The position numbers were made by a program, and so were the translations under genes. This document shows, piece after piece, positions 1-10,376 of a stretch of DNA of 64,000 nt (position 1 is the first letter of the stretch; each line of letters begins with the position of its first letter). Under the pieces are notes generated by a model that saw only the letters and a list, made by a program, of their open reading frames with translations, searched no databases and had not been told where the DNA came from. This DNA comes from an uncultured Dehalococcoidia bacterium (GTDB lineage Bacteria; Chloroflexota; Dehalococcoidia; Lucifugimonadales; UBA826), in contig CAYPDR010000021.1 of NCBI GenBank assembly GCA_964409595.1, positions 11,336 through 75,335 on the forward strand, written 5' to 3'.

Positions 1-996
1 CCAAACTGTGATGTAGTAGCGTTGTGCGACCCGGTGTCAGAGAGGGCAGAATCTAAAGCCAAAGAATGGGGGATAGCACCAAAGATTTTTACTGATTATG
101 ACCGGCTCTTGTCTGAAAGCGGTGTCGACGCTGTCGAACTCCTTACCCCAACGCACCTCCACGCTGATCAGATAATCAAGGCCCTTGAAAATGGAAAGCA
201 CGTCTCTTGCCAGAAACCGTTGGCCACAAGTCTTGCAGAAGCCACACGCATATCAAACGCTATCGATAAAAACGACCGGATTTTCAGAGTAACCGAAAAC
301 TTTCTATATTACCCACCGATATTGAAGGCTAAAGAACTGATTCTATCAGGAGCGATTGGGGAACCTTCTCTAGTAAGAATACGAACAATTAGAGCGGGAA
401 TGTCTGATCAGGAAGGCACTAAATTACCAGTTGAAAGCAACACTTACACTTGGCGCAGGGATTCATCTCTCATCCCAGGGGGCATGCTTTATGACGATGG
501 CTGGCACAAATACGCAACAGCTGTATCCTGGGTGGGTGCCGTAGAAAAGGTAACTAGCATAGTAACTCATAATGAGGATTACCTGGACAACACCCCAAGC
601 GCCGCGGTTATGAAAGTCAAGGGTCGAAATTGTTTAATAACAATAGATTACTCAAGCGCCGCTGAAATGCCCATAAGGACAAAATATTATCCCGCTGATG
701 AATTTTTTGAGATAGTCGGTCCTAAGGGAACTATATGGGTCACAAGGTGTACGGGGGAGATGTTAGACATGTCCCCTGTAATGCTTTTGAAAGGGGACTC
801 TACCATTTCTTATGATGTCCCTTCAGATTGGATTGAAGGATTCAAAGGAGCTGCTCGTAGTTTCATCGATTCAATTCTTAATGGAAACTCTATCGACATG
901 GATATCAGATTTTCTACAGATGTTTTGAATATAGCGTTATCCATTTACAAATCATCTGAACTGGAATCAACGATCTATTTAGACAATAACTCATAG
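1..996 (+). CDS. Gfo/Idh/MocA family oxidoreductase (5'-truncated by window edge)
   Basis: Frame is open from base 1 (PNCDVVALCDP). Motifs TPTHLH, GKHVSCQKPLA, GAIGE, GGMLYDDGWH. Confidence 0.85.
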   Translation, partial: PNCDVVALCDPVSERAESKAKEWGIAPKIFTDYDRLLSESGVDAVELLTPTHLHADQIIKALENGKHVSCQKPLATSLAEATRISNAIDKNDRIFRVTENFLYYPPILKAKELILSGAIGEPSLVRIRTIRAGMSDQEGTKLPVESNTYTWRRDSSLIPGGMLYDDGWHKYATAVSWVGAVEKVTSIVTHNEDYLDNTPSAAVMKVKGRNCLITIDYSSAAEMPIRTKYYPADEFFEIVGPKGTIWVTRCTGEMLDMSPVMLLKGDSTISYDVPSDWIEGFKGAARSFIDSILNGNSIDMDIRFSTDVLNIALSIYKSSELESTIYLDNNS

Positions 997-1076
997 GATT
1001 TATAGGATCCACGGTGGGTGGGATCCCTTCCAAGAACCACATAAAATCTCGATTCTAACTAGGAGACAAAACCATA

Positions 1077-1943
1077 ATGAGAATCGGAACGGTATTTCCA
1101 CAAACTGAAGCAGGAACTGATCCAGGAGCAATTCGAGAATATGTTCAATCTGTAGAATCTCTAGGGTTTGACCATATTTTAGCTTTTGACCACGTCCTAG
1201 GCGCCAACGCGAATAGTAGACCTGGATGGTCTGGGGCATATAGACATACAGATTCATTTTATGAACCGCTTGTTCTATTTGGCCACATCGCCGGGATGAC
1301 TGAAAAAATCGAACTCGTAACCGGCGTTATCATTCTTCCCCAAAGGCAGACAGCACTAGTAGCTAAACAAGCAGCCACAGTGGATTTATTATCAGGAGGA
1401 AGGCTCCGGCTAGGAATTGGGATAGGGTGGAACCCCGTCGAATACGAAGCCCTTGGTGAAGACTTCACCACGAGAGGTCGGAGGTCAGAAGAGCAAATTG
1501 AACTCCTCAGAGCACTGTGGTCAGAAGAACTTCTAACTTACAACGGTAAATACCATAAAATATCTGACGCTGGTTTAAATCCACTACCTCCAGGCAGATC
1601 CATACCCGTCTGGTTCGGGGGATTCTCTGACCGTGTCCTCGAAAGAGTGGCTAGCATGGGAGATGGTTGGATGCCATTAGGAAGGCCGGATAACGCCAAA
1701 AAGACCATGCTAGAAAAACTTAGCAAACTTCTAGATGAACAAAATCGAGGCATAGAAGACATCGGAATAGAAAGCTGGATTAGTCTAAGTGATCTATCCG
1801 AATCGGAAATTCAAAAAGACATAGAAGGTTGGAAACAACTAGGCGCTACTCATCTTTCCGTGAATACCATGAAAGCTAGTATGAAATTCCCAGATGATCA
1901 TGTCACGGCTATAGAAAAATTTCTCCAGATGGCTCGAAGTTAA
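1077..1943 (+). CDS. LLM class (probably F420-dependent) oxidoreductase, Rv2161c-like
   Basis: FDHVLG, ELVTGVIILPQRQTALVAKQAATVDLLSGGRLRLGIGIGWN. SD AGGAG upstream. Confidence 0.88.
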   Translation: MRIGTVFPQTEAGTDPGAIREYVQSVESLGFDHILAFDHVLGANANSRPGWSGAYRHTDSFYEPLVLFGHIAGMTEKIELVTGVIILPQRQTALVAKQAATVDLLSGGRLRLGIGIGWNPVEYEALGEDFTTRGRRSEEQIELLRALWSEELLTYNGKYHKISDAGLNPLPPGRSIPVWFGGFSDRVLERVASMGDGWMPLGRPDNAKKTMLEKLSKLLDEQNRGIEDIGIESWISLSDLSESEIQKDIEGWKQLGATHLSVNTMKASMKFPDDHVTAIEKFLQMARS

Positions 1944-2065
1944 ATTATATGTAAGTTAGGCAAATTATTCCGTAATGATTGCTGACTAGTTAGCAAGAGC
2001 TTTTACGGCTAATTCGAGATTTGGCACATTATGGAAACTTCTTAACTGCAAAAAAGGAGCGTAAT

Positions 2066-2911
2066 TTGATTAATGTAGGAATCTCCACTTTCCCAACAGA
2101 TTATTCGGTTGATATTGCTGTACTGGCAAACAACGCAGAGAACCTAGGCTTCGATTCCATGTGGTTGGCTGAACACCCTATTTAGCCTGTCGACTCAAAG
2201 ACTCCATGGCCGGGGTCAGAAGATGGGGTGATTCCCAAAAAATACGCCGACACGGCCGATCCATTCGTAGCTCTTGGGAGAGCATCGGCAGTGACAGAGA
2301 ATCTTCTTCTTGGGACAGGAATTTGTCTAATTCCTGAACGTAATCCTCTTATTCTGGCTAAGGAGGTTGCTACATTAGACATGTATTCAAAAGGGAGGTT
2401 CCTGTTCGGAATTGGAGCCGGCTGGCTCAAGGAAGAAACAGATATCATGGGGGGAGACTTCGCTCATCGCTGGACTCAAACTCGTGAGGCGGTAATGGCT
2501 ATGAAGGAACTCTGGACTACGGTAGAAAGTGAATATCATGGCCACTACTATGATTTTCCACCAGTCTATTCCTTCCCGATGCCAACCCAACGACCCCATC
2601 CGCCTATCTATCTAGGCGGTCATGCAAAGAACGTATTCCGCCGTATCGTGAGCTGGGGAGATGCTTGGATGCCGAACAGAACCACTCCACAGGAAATTGA
2701 GGACGGGAAAAAGACTTTAGACAGGCTCGCAGCCGAGGTAGGAAGAAACTCTTCTGAAATAGGTATCACTGTGTATGGGGTCGAGGCAGATAGGGAACTA
2801 CTCAAAGATTTTGAGTCAGCGGGTGCAGACCGAGCTGTTGTTTCTATTGATAGCGTCGAAGAAGGAGAGGCAATATCCCAACTTGAAGAGATAGCATCTA
2901 AATTACTATGA
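2066..2911 (+). pseudogene. LLM class F420-type oxidoreductase interrupted by one in-frame TAG (2183-2185)
   Basis: SD AAGGAG and TTG start at 2066 give MINVGISTFPTDYSVDIAVLANNAENLGFDSMWLAEHPI*PVDSKTPWPGSEDGVIPKKY, in frame with track ORF 2228-2911 (PERNPLILAKEVATLD). Confidence 0.8.
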
Positions 2912-3813
2912 ACTCGAGAGATTTCGCAGGCTACGGTAAAACTATTCCAAAAGTTGAATGGCCTAATGGCGCTCAAATAGCCATTTCCATAGTCGTGAAC
3001 TATGAAGAAGGTTCCGAATATTCCCTACTCGACGGCGACCCAACACATGAAACTAACAACGAAGTACCATCACCAGTTCCTCAAACTCAAAGAGACCTAG
3101 CTAATGAATCTTTCTTCGAGTACGGAAGTCGTGTTGGAGTGTGGAGACTATTAAATATCCTGCATGAATTTTCCGTGCCTGCATCGTTCTTCTGTTGTGC
3201 CCTGGCACTTGAACGAAATCTTGAAGTCGGCCGTGAGATAGTAAACCAAGGACATGAGATCGTAGGCCATGGGTACAGGTGGGAAGAATATTACCTTATG
3301 GACAGGGTCTCAGAACAAGAGGCGATAAGTAAAGCTGTCAAATCTTTGGAGAGAACCACTGGTGTCAGGCCGGTAGGATGGTATACAAGATACGCACCCA
3401 GCGAAAATACTAGGCAACTCGTTGCCTCCCACGGCGGATTCATCTATGATTCGAACTCCTACGGAGACGACATACCATATTATGAGAAAGTAAACGGCGA
3501 GCCTTGGTTGGTCATCCCTTATTCCTTGGAGGTTAATGACACCCGTTTCTGGCGAGGTGGCATGAACAGGCCCTCTGACTTCTTAGAAACGTTGAAAAAC
3601 ACCTTCGACATACTTTACGAAGAAGGCAAAGTGACCCCAAAAATTATGAATGTCGGGCTTCACTGTAGGATTGCGGGACGGCCTTCCAGGGCTGGCGTGC
3701 TACGACAGTTCCTTGAATATGTAAGCGGGAAACCCAACATCTGGTTTGGCAGAAGAGACGAAATCGCGAGATGGTGGTTGAAAAGATACCCGCCAGACAA
3801 ATCTTTTAACTGA
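2908..3813 (+). CDS. Polysaccharide deacetylase family, PuuE/allantoinase-like
   Basis: WPNGAQIAISIVVNYEEG, FEYGSRVGVWRL, GHGYRW, GLHCRIAGRP. ATGA overlap with the upstream LLM stop. Confidence 0.85.
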   Translation: MNSRDFAGYGKTIPKVEWPNGAQIAISIVVNYEEGSEYSLLDGDPTHETNNEVPSPVPQTQRDLANESFFEYGSRVGVWRLLNILHEFSVPASFFCCALALERNLEVGREIVNQGHEIVGHGYRWEEYYLMDRVSEQEAISKAVKSLERTTGVRPVGWYTRYAPSENTRQLVASHGGFIYDSNSYGDDIPYYEKVNGEPWLVIPYSLEVNDTRFWRGGMNRPSDFLETLKNTFDILYEEGKVTPKIMNVGLHCRIAGRPSRAGVLRQFLEYVSGKPNIWFGRRDEIARWWLKRYPPDKSFN

Positions 3814-3898
3814 AAAATATCGCGTATCCCGATTCGGTACAAATTACATCAGCATTGAAAGCCTCACTCAGGAATTCATTTAGTTGATGTAGCATTCC

Positions 3899-5125
3899 TC
3901 ATCCGTTTCTGTAGACCACATCCCCACCTTTCATAACCAGACTCACATTGCGCCCATATTCCAGGGTCGATATATCATCTAATGGATTTCCTTCAACAAA
4001 AATAAGATCAGCTTGCTTCCCTTCGTCGAGCGTCCCTACACATTCTTGTAATCCCACACACGTAGCAGCGGCCCCCGTAGCCGCCCGTAAAGCCTGCGCA
4101 GGGGACATACCCGCGTCCACAAGGCACGAGAGTTCTTCTGCGTTATTCCCATGAACCCAGCCTCCTGCGTCAGTCCCAGATGCAACTGCTACCCCGCCTT
4201 CAACAGCTGCTGCAAGGCTTGCAACATGATCTGACTGAAGTTCGATAGCCCGCCGTCGCCCATGGGGTGAACCTTTTTTACTATGGTACTTATACACAGA
4301 GAAAGTAGGTGTGAAAAAGATTCCCTTTTTAGCCATCATATCTACCAGGGCTAGATCTTCATGTAGGAAAGTTCCATGCTCGATAGAATCGACTCCTGCC
4401 TCGATACTGGCCCTGAGCCCAGGCCCGCCAAGGGCATGACACATAACTTTGCGTCCCAGGAAGTGGGCCTCATCGACAATCGCGGTTATCTCTTCCCTAC
4501 TGATCAACATATCTCTAGGCTCTAGTCCGCTTCTCGAACTAGCTCCCCCTGTTGCGGCAAACTTTATGACATCAGCCCCAGATCTAACCATCTCTCGCAC
4601 TTTAGTCCTCATTTCGACTGGACCATTTGCCACACCACAAGGCAAACTCGGATCAGAAACTAGTGGATTACCATATCCCGAAGGGCTTAAGTGTTCTCCA
4701 ATACCACCTGTCGGAGAAATGATTCCAAGAGAAACTAACAATCTAGGACCTGAAGCCAAACCTTCATCCACGGCATCTCGAAAGCCCGCTGCCAACCCAC
4801 CTGCATCCCTAACCGTAGTGTATCCACTCTCTAACGTTTGCCTGAGTACATTGGCTATCCTCATGTGCCTATGAGTGGCCTGTTCAGTTAAACCCCATCT
4901 ACTTGCTATGTCATACCCAAAGGAAGCTAAGTGATCGTGGCAGTCGATCAGACCAGGCATCACCGTACGATCTCCGGCATCGATTATTTCCGCTCCTTCT
5001 GGTATCTCCATTTCGTCAGATGCCCTAAAAGAAACAATCTTCCCGTGTTCTATAAGAAGGGTTTGACCATGCATCATCTCAAGTCCATTCCCGTCAAAAA
5101 AATTATTGCAAATTATCGCCTTCAT
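3899..5125 (-). CDS. Metal-dependent amidohydrolase (Xaa-Pro dipeptidase-like)
   Basis: PGLIDCHDH, GADVIK, CHALG, SIEHG, SGTDAG. Start moved to ATG 5125 (MKAIICN) with SD AGAGGA. Confidence 0.85.
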   Translation of the reverse strand: MKAIICNNFFDGNGLEMMHGQTLLIEHGKIVSFRASDEMEIPEGAEIIDAGDRTVMPGLIDCHDHLASFGYDIASRWGLTEQATHRHMRIANVLRQTLESGYTTVRDAGGLAAGFRDAVDEGLASGPRLLVSLGIISPTGGIGEHLSPSGYGNPLVSDPSLPCGVANGPVEMRTKVREMVRSGADVIKFAATGGASSRSGLEPRDMLISREEITAIVDEAHFLGRKVMCHALGGPGLRASIEAGVDSIEHGTFLHEDLALVDMMAKKGIFFTPTFSVYKYHSKKGSPHGRRRAIELQSDHVASLAAAVEGGVAVASGTDAGGWVHGNNAEELSCLVDAGMSPAQALRAATGAAATCVGLQECVGTLDEGKQADLIFVEGNPLDDISTLEYGRNVSLVMKGGDVVYRNG

Positions 5126-5361
5126 GATTATTCCTCTAACACTTAATGAGATAGGGGGAGAAAACTTACCATTCCTGTGAAAATACGATACTAGCACGAC
5201 AATAAAAGCTAGCAGCGTACTATCTTTGGTTACGGGACATTTCCCACACATGCTTTTTTAAAAAGTAACAAGCACCTGAATAGCCGAGGAGGCCGGATTT
5301 AGTTACCATTTGGGACATAGTTTCCGAAAAACCGCAGACCATCGATATAGGAGTGACCAAA

Positions 5362-6150
5362 ATGGGCAGCATGGACGGGAGAGTAGCACTTGTGACGGGT
5401 TCCAGCAGGGGAATAGGAGAATACATGGCGAAGCATTTCGCCCGAGCTGGTGCCAAAGTTGCGATTGCAGCTCGAACAGTCGAAGTCACAGATAAGAGAT
5501 TACCCGGAACGATACATTCTGTTGCGGAATCAATTCGCTCTGAAGGCGGCAACGCAACCGCAATTCAAATGAATATGCGTGACCCAGAGAGCATAATAAA
5601 TGGCGTGTCCCAGGCGGTAGAAGACCTAGGAAAACTCGACATCATCGTAAACAACGCAGCTATTTTAGTACCAGGAAACCTAGAAACAGTGCAAGACAGG
5701 CATTTGGATCTAATATGGCAAATCGATCTTAGGGGACCTCTACTGCTCATGAAATACTCACTCCCCCACATAAAGAAAGCCGGAGGAGGCGATGTAATCA
5801 ACATATCTTCTGTTGCAGGAGTTTTCCCCGGTCCCGGCCCCTACGAAAACACCAACAGTCGCAGGGAAGGAAGTTTCTACGGAATGGTTAAGTCAGGTTT
5901 GGAAAGATTCTCCCAAGGACTCGCTAGGGAGCTGCAAGGATACAATATAAAGGTGAACATTCTCTCCCCACAAGGAAGAATAAAAACACCTGGAAACATC
6001 TGGGCAGAGAACGACCCTGACGATCCCACCTTGGAATTTGAAGCAGCCGACGAAATGGGTAAGGCTGGAGTTTGGATATGCGAGCAACCAAGAGAGTACA
6101 CTGGAAACATACTTTTCGATCAGGATGTTTGCAACGAGCAAAATCTGTAA
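5362..6150 (+). CDS. Short-chain dehydrogenase/reductase
   Basis: TGSSRGIG, NNAA, YGMVK (YxxxK). ATG 5362 lies 8 nt after AGGAG. Confidence 0.88.
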   Translation: MGSMDGRVALVTGSSRGIGEYMAKHFARAGAKVAIAARTVEVTDKRLPGTIHSVAESIRSEGGNATAIQMNMRDPESIINGVSQAVEDLGKLDIIVNNAAILVPGNLETVQDRHLDLIWQIDLRGPLLLMKYSLPHIKKAGGGDVINISSVAGVFPGPGPYENTNSRREGSFYGMVKSGLERFSQGLARELQGYNIKVNILSPQGRIKTPGNIWAENDPDDPTLEFEAADEMGKAGVWICEQPREYTGNILFDQDVCNEQNL

Positions 6151-6168
6151 TTACAGCTGGCGGAAAAA

Positions 6169-6888
6169 ATGTCCCGTGTATGCCTCCCAAGCCAAGACCT
6201 AGCTATAGCCCACACATCCGACACGCACCTCGGAGACCCCTACGGCCACCCAGAGTCTAAAACAGCGCTAAGAAAGGTTGTAGACAAAGTAAAGCTACTG
6301 AGATCAGATTATCTAGTAATCTCCGGTGATGTGTTTGACAATCAGAGAGTCGGAGAGGATGCCGTGGGATTTTTTCTCGAGGAAATTAATCGGGTCGAGA
6401 TCCCAGTTATAATCCTTCCTGGAAATCATGATCTCATGAACGAAACATCTATTTACAAAAGGCCTATATTTGACGATAGCCCTCCCAATTTATTCATATT
6501 CGCCAACCCGAATGGTCAATTGATTTCATTTGATCACATTGATTTCTGGGGCAAAGCGATGGATGAACATAGTCCATCTTTTCGCCCAATAGAAGGAATG
6601 CCCAAACCGGCCTCCGGCAAGTGGCTGGTTTCTGCCGCTCATGGACACTTTCAGCAGGAAGACTCAAACAGTGGAAGATCCTCACTGATTTTTGCTGAGG
6701 CCGTTTCTTCTTTGAAGTGCGACTACTTAGCGTTGGGGCACTGGGATTTACATACCGATATTTCACAAAACAACGTCATGGCAGTGTATTCGGGGTGTCC
6801 AATGGGAGTTGGGGACAAGCCCGGATCGATTACGATTGTAGAACTGAACAATAGAACGGGTGTTGCATGGCGGCAGGTTTTTCTATAA
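6169..6888 (+). CDS. Calcineurin-like metallophosphoesterase, SbcD/Mre11-like
   Basis: SDTHLG, GDVFD, PGNHD, AHG, YLALGHW motifs. Confidence 0.8.
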   Translation: MSRVCLPSQDLAIAHTSDTHLGDPYGHPESKTALRKVVDKVKLLRSDYLVISGDVFDNQRVGEDAVGFFLEEINRVEIPVIILPGNHDLMNETSIYKRPIFDDSPPNLFIFANPNGQLISFDHIDFWGKAMDEHSPSFRPIEGMPKPASGKWLVSAAHGHFQQEDSNSGRSSLIFAEAVSSLKCDYLALGHWDLHTDISQNNVMAVYSGCPMGVGDKPGSITIVELNNRTGVAWRQVFL

Positions 6889-6996
6889 GCAATAGAATTA
6901 AACAATTGCTATATGCGAAGACTTGGTCAAAATAGAAATCATTTATTAAGATTGAATATACCGACTCAAAGAAACCGATAATCCTATAGGAGAACC

Positions 6997-7398
6997 GTGA
7001 TGTCCTATCCAATTAATCATGTGCACATCAGGGCCAAGGATCCTCACAAATCTGCGGAATGGTACCAACAGTTTTTCGATGCAAAGATAATATCCTCAAG
7101 GGAAGTTATGCCGGGGACGATAACTGTAAGCATGGATACTGGTGGGCCTGTAAGGCTGAACATATCCTCCCAGCCAGACGGCTCATCTGATAAGACGATA
7201 CCTGCCGAATTAAACAGGTTAGGCCTGGAGCATTTTGGTTTCAACACGAACGACATTGAAGCTGATATAGATAAATTAAGCAAAGCCGGGGTTAAGATTG
7301 TATTGCCTGTTACGGAATTTGCCGGTGGGACCAAACTTGCCTATTTTGAGGGCCCTGACAGGGTCCTTATAGAGCTTGTACAACCACATAACGAGTGA
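6997..7398 (+). CDS. VOC/glyoxalase family protein
   Basis: INHVHI, LEHFGF, GPDRVLIELVQ. SD AGGAG. Confidence 0.85.
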   Translation: MMSYPINHVHIRAKDPHKSAEWYQQFFDAKIISSREVMPGTITVSMDTGGPVRLNISSQPDGSSDKTIPAELNRLGLEHFGFNTNDIEADIDKLSKAGVKIVLPVTEFAGGTKLAYFEGPDRVLIELVQPHNE

Positions 7399-7539
7399 CT
7401 TGGAAACTTTCAAAGATTATGGAGGAGTCGTAAATGAGAGTTTTTGACCTCTCCGATCAAACGTCAATACATCGCGTTTACACATTTGACAAGGCCCTCG
7501 CGAAGCCGCAAGTACTTATCGATCAAGAATAGGTGAAAG

Positions 7540-7962
7540 ATGTCTGAAAAGGTTTATAGAAAACCTATCCCAGTTCCGGTCCCAGAATCTGACTTTTTCT
7601 GGAAAAAAGCAAACCAACACGAACTATGGGTTCAGAAATGCGTTGACTGTCAAAATCCATTTTTTTATCCCCGAATGGTCTGCCCAGATTGTCTTTCCGA
7701 GAATTTAGAATGGTTCAAGACGTCAGGGAAAGGGTTTCTGTACACCTATATGATCAATCACAGACCCCCCCCTGGTTTTGAAGACGACTCACCTTACGCA
7801 ATAGCAATCGTCCAATTGGAAGAAGGTCCTCGGATGATGACCAATATTGTAGGGATAGAAAACACCCCGGAGAATTTAGTCCTAGATATGCCTTTAGAGG
7901 TCGTATTTGAGGACATCGCTGATGGCATGTCCATACCCAAATGGAAGCCAACGACTACATAA
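7540..7962 (+). CDS. Zn-ribbon/OB-fold protein (DUF35/ChsH2-like)
   Basis: CxxC...YPRxxCPxC, and LEEGPRMMTNIV. Confidence 0.88.
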   Translation: MSEKVYRKPIPVPVPESDFFWKKANQHELWVQKCVDCQNPFFYPRMVCPDCLSENLEWFKTSGKGFLYTYMINHRPPPGFEDDSPYAIAIVQLEEGPRMMTNIVGIENTPENLVLDMPLEVVFEDIADGMSIPKWKPTTT

Positions 7963-8007
7963 CCTGCCTTATTTCTAAGTCGTCCAAAAATTATTAGGAG
8001 TGCGACA

Positions 8008-9186
8008 TTGGATTCTCTAAGATATAAGACCGCCATAGTAGGCGCCGCTGAAACCACAGATCTAGGACAGATCCCTGATAAAACCGAATTCCAGCTTCAT
8101 GTAGAGGCAGCCTTAAACGCCATCAAGGATTGTGGAGTGGCGAAAAATAACATCGACGGCATTGCCACTACCATGAATCCTGCTGCATTGGCACACTATA
8201 TGGGAATAGTTCCAAAGTGGATAGACAACACTCAAGTCGGGGGAACGTCTTTTCTCGTACATGTGAGGCACGCTGCAGCTGCCATTGCCAGTGGTCTTTG
8301 CAACACCGTGCTAATTTCCATGGCACAGAGCGGTCGAAGCAGAGTGGGAGAACAATCAGGAAGGATCGGAGATGTTTCCGCTATGGTTGAGGGACGTAGA
8401 GACAGCTCTTTTCCAGGACAATTTGAGTCCCCTTATGGAATAGCTGGCCCAACAACACAGTTCGGGATGGGAGTATTGCGTTATATGAAAGAGACCGGCA
8501 CTACCCACGAACAACTAGCTTCTGTTCCAGTAGCTCAAAGAAAATGGTCCAACAAAGTACCTCGAGCTATGTACGGAGATTTGATAACCACCAAAGATGT
8601 TTTCGCCAGCAGAATGATCTGCTATCCCTTCCACCTTCTTGAGTGTTGCCTTGTAACTGATGGTGGTGGAGCTTTGATAATGACAAGTTCAGAGAACGTT
8701 GGGGAATTCCCAACGAAACCTGTATATCTAATGGGCACGGGAGAATCTGTGGAAACTCCTGTAATAAGCCAGATGTACGACATGACTAGCTCGGCGGCAT
8801 TCAAAACCTCCGGAAGAAAAGCATTTAGTGAATCTGGAATCAGCCACAAAGACGTTAACCACCTCATGGTTTATGACGCGTTTGCTCACCTGCCTATGTA
8901 TGGATTGGAAGATCTCGGATTTGTTGGAAGAGGAGAGGCGGGAGCTTTCATAGAGGAAGGCAACACCTCCCCTGGTGGTATCCTGCCCATGAACACAAAC
9001 GGAGGAGGTCTCTCATATACCCACACTGGTATGTATGGAATGTTTGCAATACAAGAGTCGGTACGCCAAGTGAGAGGAGAAGCTGCTCATCAAGTTCCCG
9101 ATGTGAAGGTTTCGTTCTGTCAGGGAGTGGGTGGAATGTTTATGGCCGCTGGCAGCCTGGTATTCACCAATGAAAAGCCACATTAA
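8008..9186 (+). CDS. Thiolase-like protein (SCP-x/Ltp2 type)
   Basis: AIVGAAET, GGTS where canonical thiolases have the Cys, LLECCLVTDGGGA, YDAF, NTNGGGLSYTH. TTG start after AGGAG. Confidence 0.85.
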   Translation: MDSLRYKTAIVGAAETTDLGQIPDKTEFQLHVEAALNAIKDCGVAKNNIDGIATTMNPAALAHYMGIVPKWIDNTQVGGTSFLVHVRHAAAAIASGLCNTVLISMAQSGRSRVGEQSGRIGDVSAMVEGRRDSSFPGQFESPYGIAGPTTQFGMGVLRYMKETGTTHEQLASVPVAQRKWSNKVPRAMYGDLITTKDVFASRMICYPFHLLECCLVTDGGGALIMTSSENVGEFPTKPVYLMGTGESVETPVISQMYDMTSSAAFKTSGRKAFSESGISHKDVNHLMVYDAFAHLPMYGLEDLGFVGRGEAGAFIEEGNTSPGGILPMNTNGGGLSYTHTGMYGMFAIQESVRQVRGEAAHQVPDVKVSFCQGVGGMFMAAGSLVFTNEKPH

Positions 9187-9413
9187 TCAAGTAACCAAGA
9201 CGGTAGCAATTCAGCAACCCATTATACTTTAGATGCTAATCCATTCCGAAGTAGGTGGCTAGGTACAAGTCGGACTTTTTGCGACTCTAATTAGCCGACG
9301 ATGTCATTATATAACTGAAGATCTAATAGATTTACTGCTGTACCCATAAGATAATAAGTGGCACCTGCATCTAAATATTTACGTTTGGCCTAATAATTTC
9401 AGGAGGAGATACA

Positions 9414-10142
9414 TTGTTAGAAGATCTAGAAGGACAAGTGGCTTGGATAACCGGCGCTGGCACAGGTATCGGTGAAAGTGCAGCTATTAAAATGGCTGCG
9501 TCTGGCTGTAAAGTCGTTCTATCTGGACGACGCAAAGATGTGCTAGAAAATGTGGCCGAGCAGATAGGTTCGGATGTCACCATAAAACCACTCGATGTAT
9601 CAGACAAAGAAGCGGTTAGAGCAACCGCTAAAATGATCATAGCGGAACACGGTCGAATAGATATAGGGGTGTTCAGCGCTGGGATGAATGTGAGGGAAAG
9701 AAACTGGAATAACGTAACAATGGAAGATTGGGACAAGGTAATTAACATTGACTTGAATGGCGCTTTCTACTGTTGCCAGGCGGTTTTACCGCCTATGAGA
9801 GAACAAGGGGGAGGTCTTGTTATAAATATCTCATCTATGGCAGCAAAGGGAATAGGGAAATTGACTGGCCCCGCCTACCACTCTGCCAAGCACGCAATGA
9901 ATGCTATGACCGCTAGCCTCTTGCTTGAGGAGAGAAACAATGGCATCCGAGCTACCGCAGTCTGTCCGGGAGAGGTGGATACTCCTATTTTGGATCTTCG
10001 TCCGGTTCCGCTCAGCGACGAAGATCGAGCAAGAATACTACAATCAGAGGATCTGGGTAATTTAATCCTGTATATAGCTCAACAACCTCCTCATGTAACA
10101 ATAAACGAGGTTTTGATAACTCCAACCTGGAACAGATCATAA
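9414..10142 (+). CDS. Short-chain dehydrogenase/reductase
   Basis: TGAGTGIG, YHSAK, PGEVDT. SD AGGAGG with TTG start. Confidence 0.88.
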   Translation: MLEDLEGQVAWITGAGTGIGESAAIKMAASGCKVVLSGRRKDVLENVAEQIGSDVTIKPLDVSDKEAVRATAKMIIAEHGRIDIGVFSAGMNVRERNWNNVTMEDWDKVINIDLNGAFYCCQAVLPPMREQGGGLVINISSMAAKGIGKLTGPAYHSAKHAMNAMTASLLLEERNNGIRATAVCPGEVDTPILDLRPVPLSDEDRARILQSEDLGNLILYIAQQPPHVTINEVLITPTWNRS

Positions 10143-10201
10143 GCTTAGAAAAGACCCGGGGTACGGGAATTGCTTATTGCCTGTTGAAACACCGATTAGC
10201 G

Positions 10202-10232
10202 GCTTCGGTCCTTCGTTTTGAGGGACCGAAGC
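10202..10232. terminator. 13-bp GC-rich hairpin between convergent genes (possible bidirectional terminator)
   Basis: GCTTCGGTCCTTC-gtttt-GAGGGACCGAAGC with one G-U pair. No clear U-tract. Confidence 0.5.
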
Positions 10233-10376
10233 ATCTCGAAATAGCTGGAGAGGGGTACGTGCGAGTCACCAAAAAGCCATATCACGATTTTAAAAGCTTT
10301 TGAGATTCATAAGCAAAAACCATTCAGACATACTTGGGAAAACTGATTTCCTAACTTGCAACATTTTGTTATTTAC

